Assembly (NCBI GenBank): GCA_039680575.1
Contig: JBDKSP010000087.1
Coordinates: 1-17,115, forward strand
Reading direction: 5' to 3'
Source: Armatimonadota bacterium
GTDB taxonomy: Bacteria; Armatimonadota; UBA5829; DTLH01
Length of the DNA: 17,115 nucleotides
Part shown: one piece after another, positions 15,284 to 17,115 of the stretch
Layout: every line of letters begins with the position of its first letter
Position numbering within the stretch: position 1 is the first letter of the stretch
The notes under the pieces: generated by a model
The model's database searches: none
Told to the model about the DNA's origin: nothing
The model's input: only the letters and a program-made list of their open reading frames with translations
Position numbers and translations under genes: made by a program

Positions 15284-16416
15284 TAATTCCTTCCAAAATG
15301 TCTAAAGACAGCGTCTTTTATTTGCTCCGATGCGTGGCCATCGCCGTAGGGGCTGGCTACCTTAGCCATTCTATCATATTCCGCCCTGTCTTCAAGCAGT
15401 TTGTTTGCCTCTGTTACAACCTTATTGAAATCTGTACCGACAAGTTTCGCGCTTCCAGCCTGCACACCTTCGGGCCGCTCGGTCGTCTCTCTCAACACCA
15501 GGACCGGTTTTCCGAGCGCGGGGCCTTCTTCCTGCACTCCTCCTGAGTCCGTCAGGATCAAATAGGCGGATTTCATCAGGTGGACGAACGGGACATAATC
15601 CGGCGGTTCTACCAAGTGAATGCGCTCGACATCCTTCAGCTCAGGCACGACAACTTCACGCACGATCGGGTTTTTATGGAGCGAAAAGACAACTGATGTG
15701 TCGGGATGCTGCCGCACTATCTCCTTTACCGCGCGGCAGATATCTCTCATCGGCTCGCCCCAATTTTCCCGGCGGTGGGACGTAACAAGTATCATTCTGC
15801 TGCCATTATTCGTTGCGCAGGCAAGTTCTTCGTCCTCGAATACATGGGGTTTCGATGCTATATGAAGGAGCGCATCGATGACCGTGTTGCCGGTCACAAA
15901 AATCTTATCAACCGGGATTCCCTGAGCAAGCAGGTTATCCTTTGCCTGGGTAGTCGGAGCGAAATGAAGGTCGGCAAGCACTCCGGTCAGCCTGCGGTTC
16001 ATCTCTTCGGGGAACGGATTGAACTTGTTATCCGTTCTCAAGCCCGCCTCGACATGACCGAATGCGGTCTTGTGGTAAAACGCGGCAAGGCTTGCTGCGA
16101 AAGTGGTCGTCGTATCGCCCTGTGCAAGGATTATATCCGGTTGGACCTTTTCGATTACCGGGTCGAGCCCTTCGAGCGCCCTGCAGGTCATTCCTGAAAG
16201 CGTCTGCCTGGCCTGCATGATGGCGAGATCGTAATCCGGCTTTATTTGAAAGACGGATAACACCTGGTCGAGCATTTCGCGGTGCTGTCCCGTAACTGCG
16301 ACAGACAGCTCGACATCTTCCGGGTATTTGGCAAATTCCAGCACTACCGGCGCCATCTTTATGGCATCCGGCCTCGTGCCGAAGACTGTGAGTACTTTTA
16401 GCTTGCGATCAGCCAT
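15283..16416 (-). CDS. wecB: UDP-N-acetylglucosamine 2-epimerase (non-hydrolysing)
   Basis: VFGTRPDAIKMAP, TGQHREML, QGDTTT, HVEAGLRT, PFPEEMNR, HRRENWG, TDSGGVQEE, TERPEG, SPYGDG; start moved to ATG 16416. Confidence 0.96.
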   Translation of the reverse strand: MADRKLKVLTVFGTRPDAIKMAPVVLEFAKYPEDVELSVAVTGQHREMLDQVLSVFQIKPDYDLAIMQARQTLSGMTCRALEGLDPVIEKVQPDIILAQGDTTTTFAASLAAFYHKTAFGHVEAGLRTDNKFNPFPEEMNRRLTGVLADLHFAPTTQAKDNLLAQGIPVDKIFVTGNTVIDALLHIASKPHVFEDEELACATNNGSRMILVTSHRRENWGEPMRDICRAVKEIVRQHPDTSVVFSLHKNPIVREVVVPELKDVERIHLVEPPDYVPFVHLMKSAYLILTDSGGVQEEGPALGKPVLVLRETTERPEGVQAGSAKLVGTDFNKVVTEANKLLEDRAEYDRMAKVASPYGDGHASEQIKDAVFRHFGRN

Positions 16417-16430
16417 CCAAAATCTACCTT

Positions 16431-16523
16431 TTTTGAACCGCGGAGACGCGGAATGATGAGAAACACGGAAAGTGGAGATTTTTTTCATATGCTTCGGGAC
16501 CGCAGTTCGTCCCGAAGCACAAT
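16431..16523. repeat. Composite repeat, right copy, containing an 11-bp hairpin
   Basis: Inverted match to 13169-13307; internal TGCTTCGGGAC/GTCCCGAAGCA stem (16490-16519). Confidence 0.85.
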
Positions 16524-16542
16524 TATCCGCTAATTTTTCCGT

Positions 16543-16731
16543 TGCTGCGGGAATTGATTCTGTTCATATTGCACAATTATCCTGAATCTGCCATTCCCGC
16601 AGCATAAAAATATGTGTAGTGGCCGGTCTCCGTGCCGGCCATCTACCCCGTGGACCTACCGGACCACGGGGAGCACCGAAGGTGACGGGAATACCCCTCA
16701 TCCCGACCTTCTCCCACAAGGGGAGAAGGGG
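16543..16731. repeat. Cluster of REP-like palindromes
   Basis: TGCTGCGGGAAT/ATTCCCGCAGCA (16543-16604); GTAG-TGGCCGG/CCGGCCA (16616-16641); CCCCGTGG/CCACGGGG (16646-16671); CCTTCTCCC/GGGAGAAGG (16707-16729). Confidence 0.7.
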
Positions 16732-16815
16732 CAAATTGTGCTATATCCAAATCAGTATAATGCCACCATGGATTTGTTTTAGGACCCATTATCTTCCTGG
16801 ATGCTGAATCAAGTT

Positions 16816-17115
16816 CATTGTGATCCCATAACTCTTGAAAACCGTCAATTATGCCTGCATTTCACGCTCAGCATCAAATATTTAGCGGAAGACCCTTTTT
16901 CGGTTTTTCGCTATCTCTAGCCCGGCGAGAATCCAGGCAGATAGCACTGCTCCGGTGCTGCCCCACAGCAATCGAGCACACTGAACATGTCCACATAACT
17001 CCAAAGCACACCGCGCAGAACAGTAAACAGGCGTGTGAATGTGTGCTTCCATCGGCTTTGCCAGGCTACGAAACGAAGCAAGATATATGTTAGCAACGCG
17101 GTCCATATCTGCCAG
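16816..17115 (-). mobile_element. Right end of an IS4-family insertion sequence (partial, runs off the window)
   Basis: Transposase C-terminus at 16917-17114; candidate terminal inverted repeat CATTGTGATCCCATAA at 16816-16831 (boundary inferred). Confidence 0.65.
16917..17114 (-). CDS. IS4-family DDE transposase, C-terminal 65 aa (5' part outside window)
   Basis: Manual translation of a frame absent from the ORF track: WQIWTALLTYILLRFVAWQSRWKHTFTRLFTVLRGVLWSYVDMFSVLDCCGAAPEQCYLPGFSPG*; WQIWTALLTY.LLRF resembles IS4 transposase C-termini. Confidence 0.75.
   Translation of the reverse strand, partial: WQIWTALLTYILLRFVAWQSRWKHTFTRLFTVLRGVLWSYVDMFSVLDCCGAAPEQCYLPGFSPG

Noticed and set aside
16817..16848. 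IS-derived outward promoter (TTGACG) towards wecB
   Set aside because: No -10 hexamer at 16-18 nt spacing.
16851..17106. ORFs 16851-17093 (+) and 16882-17106 (-)
   Set aside because: Alternative frames over the IS4 transposase C-terminus.

Overview
Bacterial window whose core is a minus-strand hydrogen-metabolism operon (12963->4579): rex - hydC - hydB - hydA (trimeric, probably electron-bifurcating [FeFe]-hydrogenase) - small thioredoxin-like [2Fe-2S] protein - PAS-containing sensory [FeFe]-hydrogenase (HydS/HfsB-like) - SpoIIE/PP2C-type phosphatase. Upstream of rex is a near-consensus sigma70 promoter with two Rex-type operator palindromes. On the left are a secreted Spy/CpxP-like LTXXQ protein divergent from an OmpR-type response regulator/histidine kinase pair, and an SDR oxidoreductase. 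On the right are a wecB - AI-2E transporter - uppP block bracketed by long inverted repeat copies, and the 3' end of an IS4-family transposase (absent from the ORF track) whose putative end interrupts a REP-like palindrome. The least-explained signals are non-coding: an orphan consensus promoter followed by a structured ~250-nt gene-less region lying between two ~52-bp inverted-repeat mini-elements (4010-4577), and a highly structured rex-hydC spacer. All family calls come from motif recognition by eye; no searches were run.
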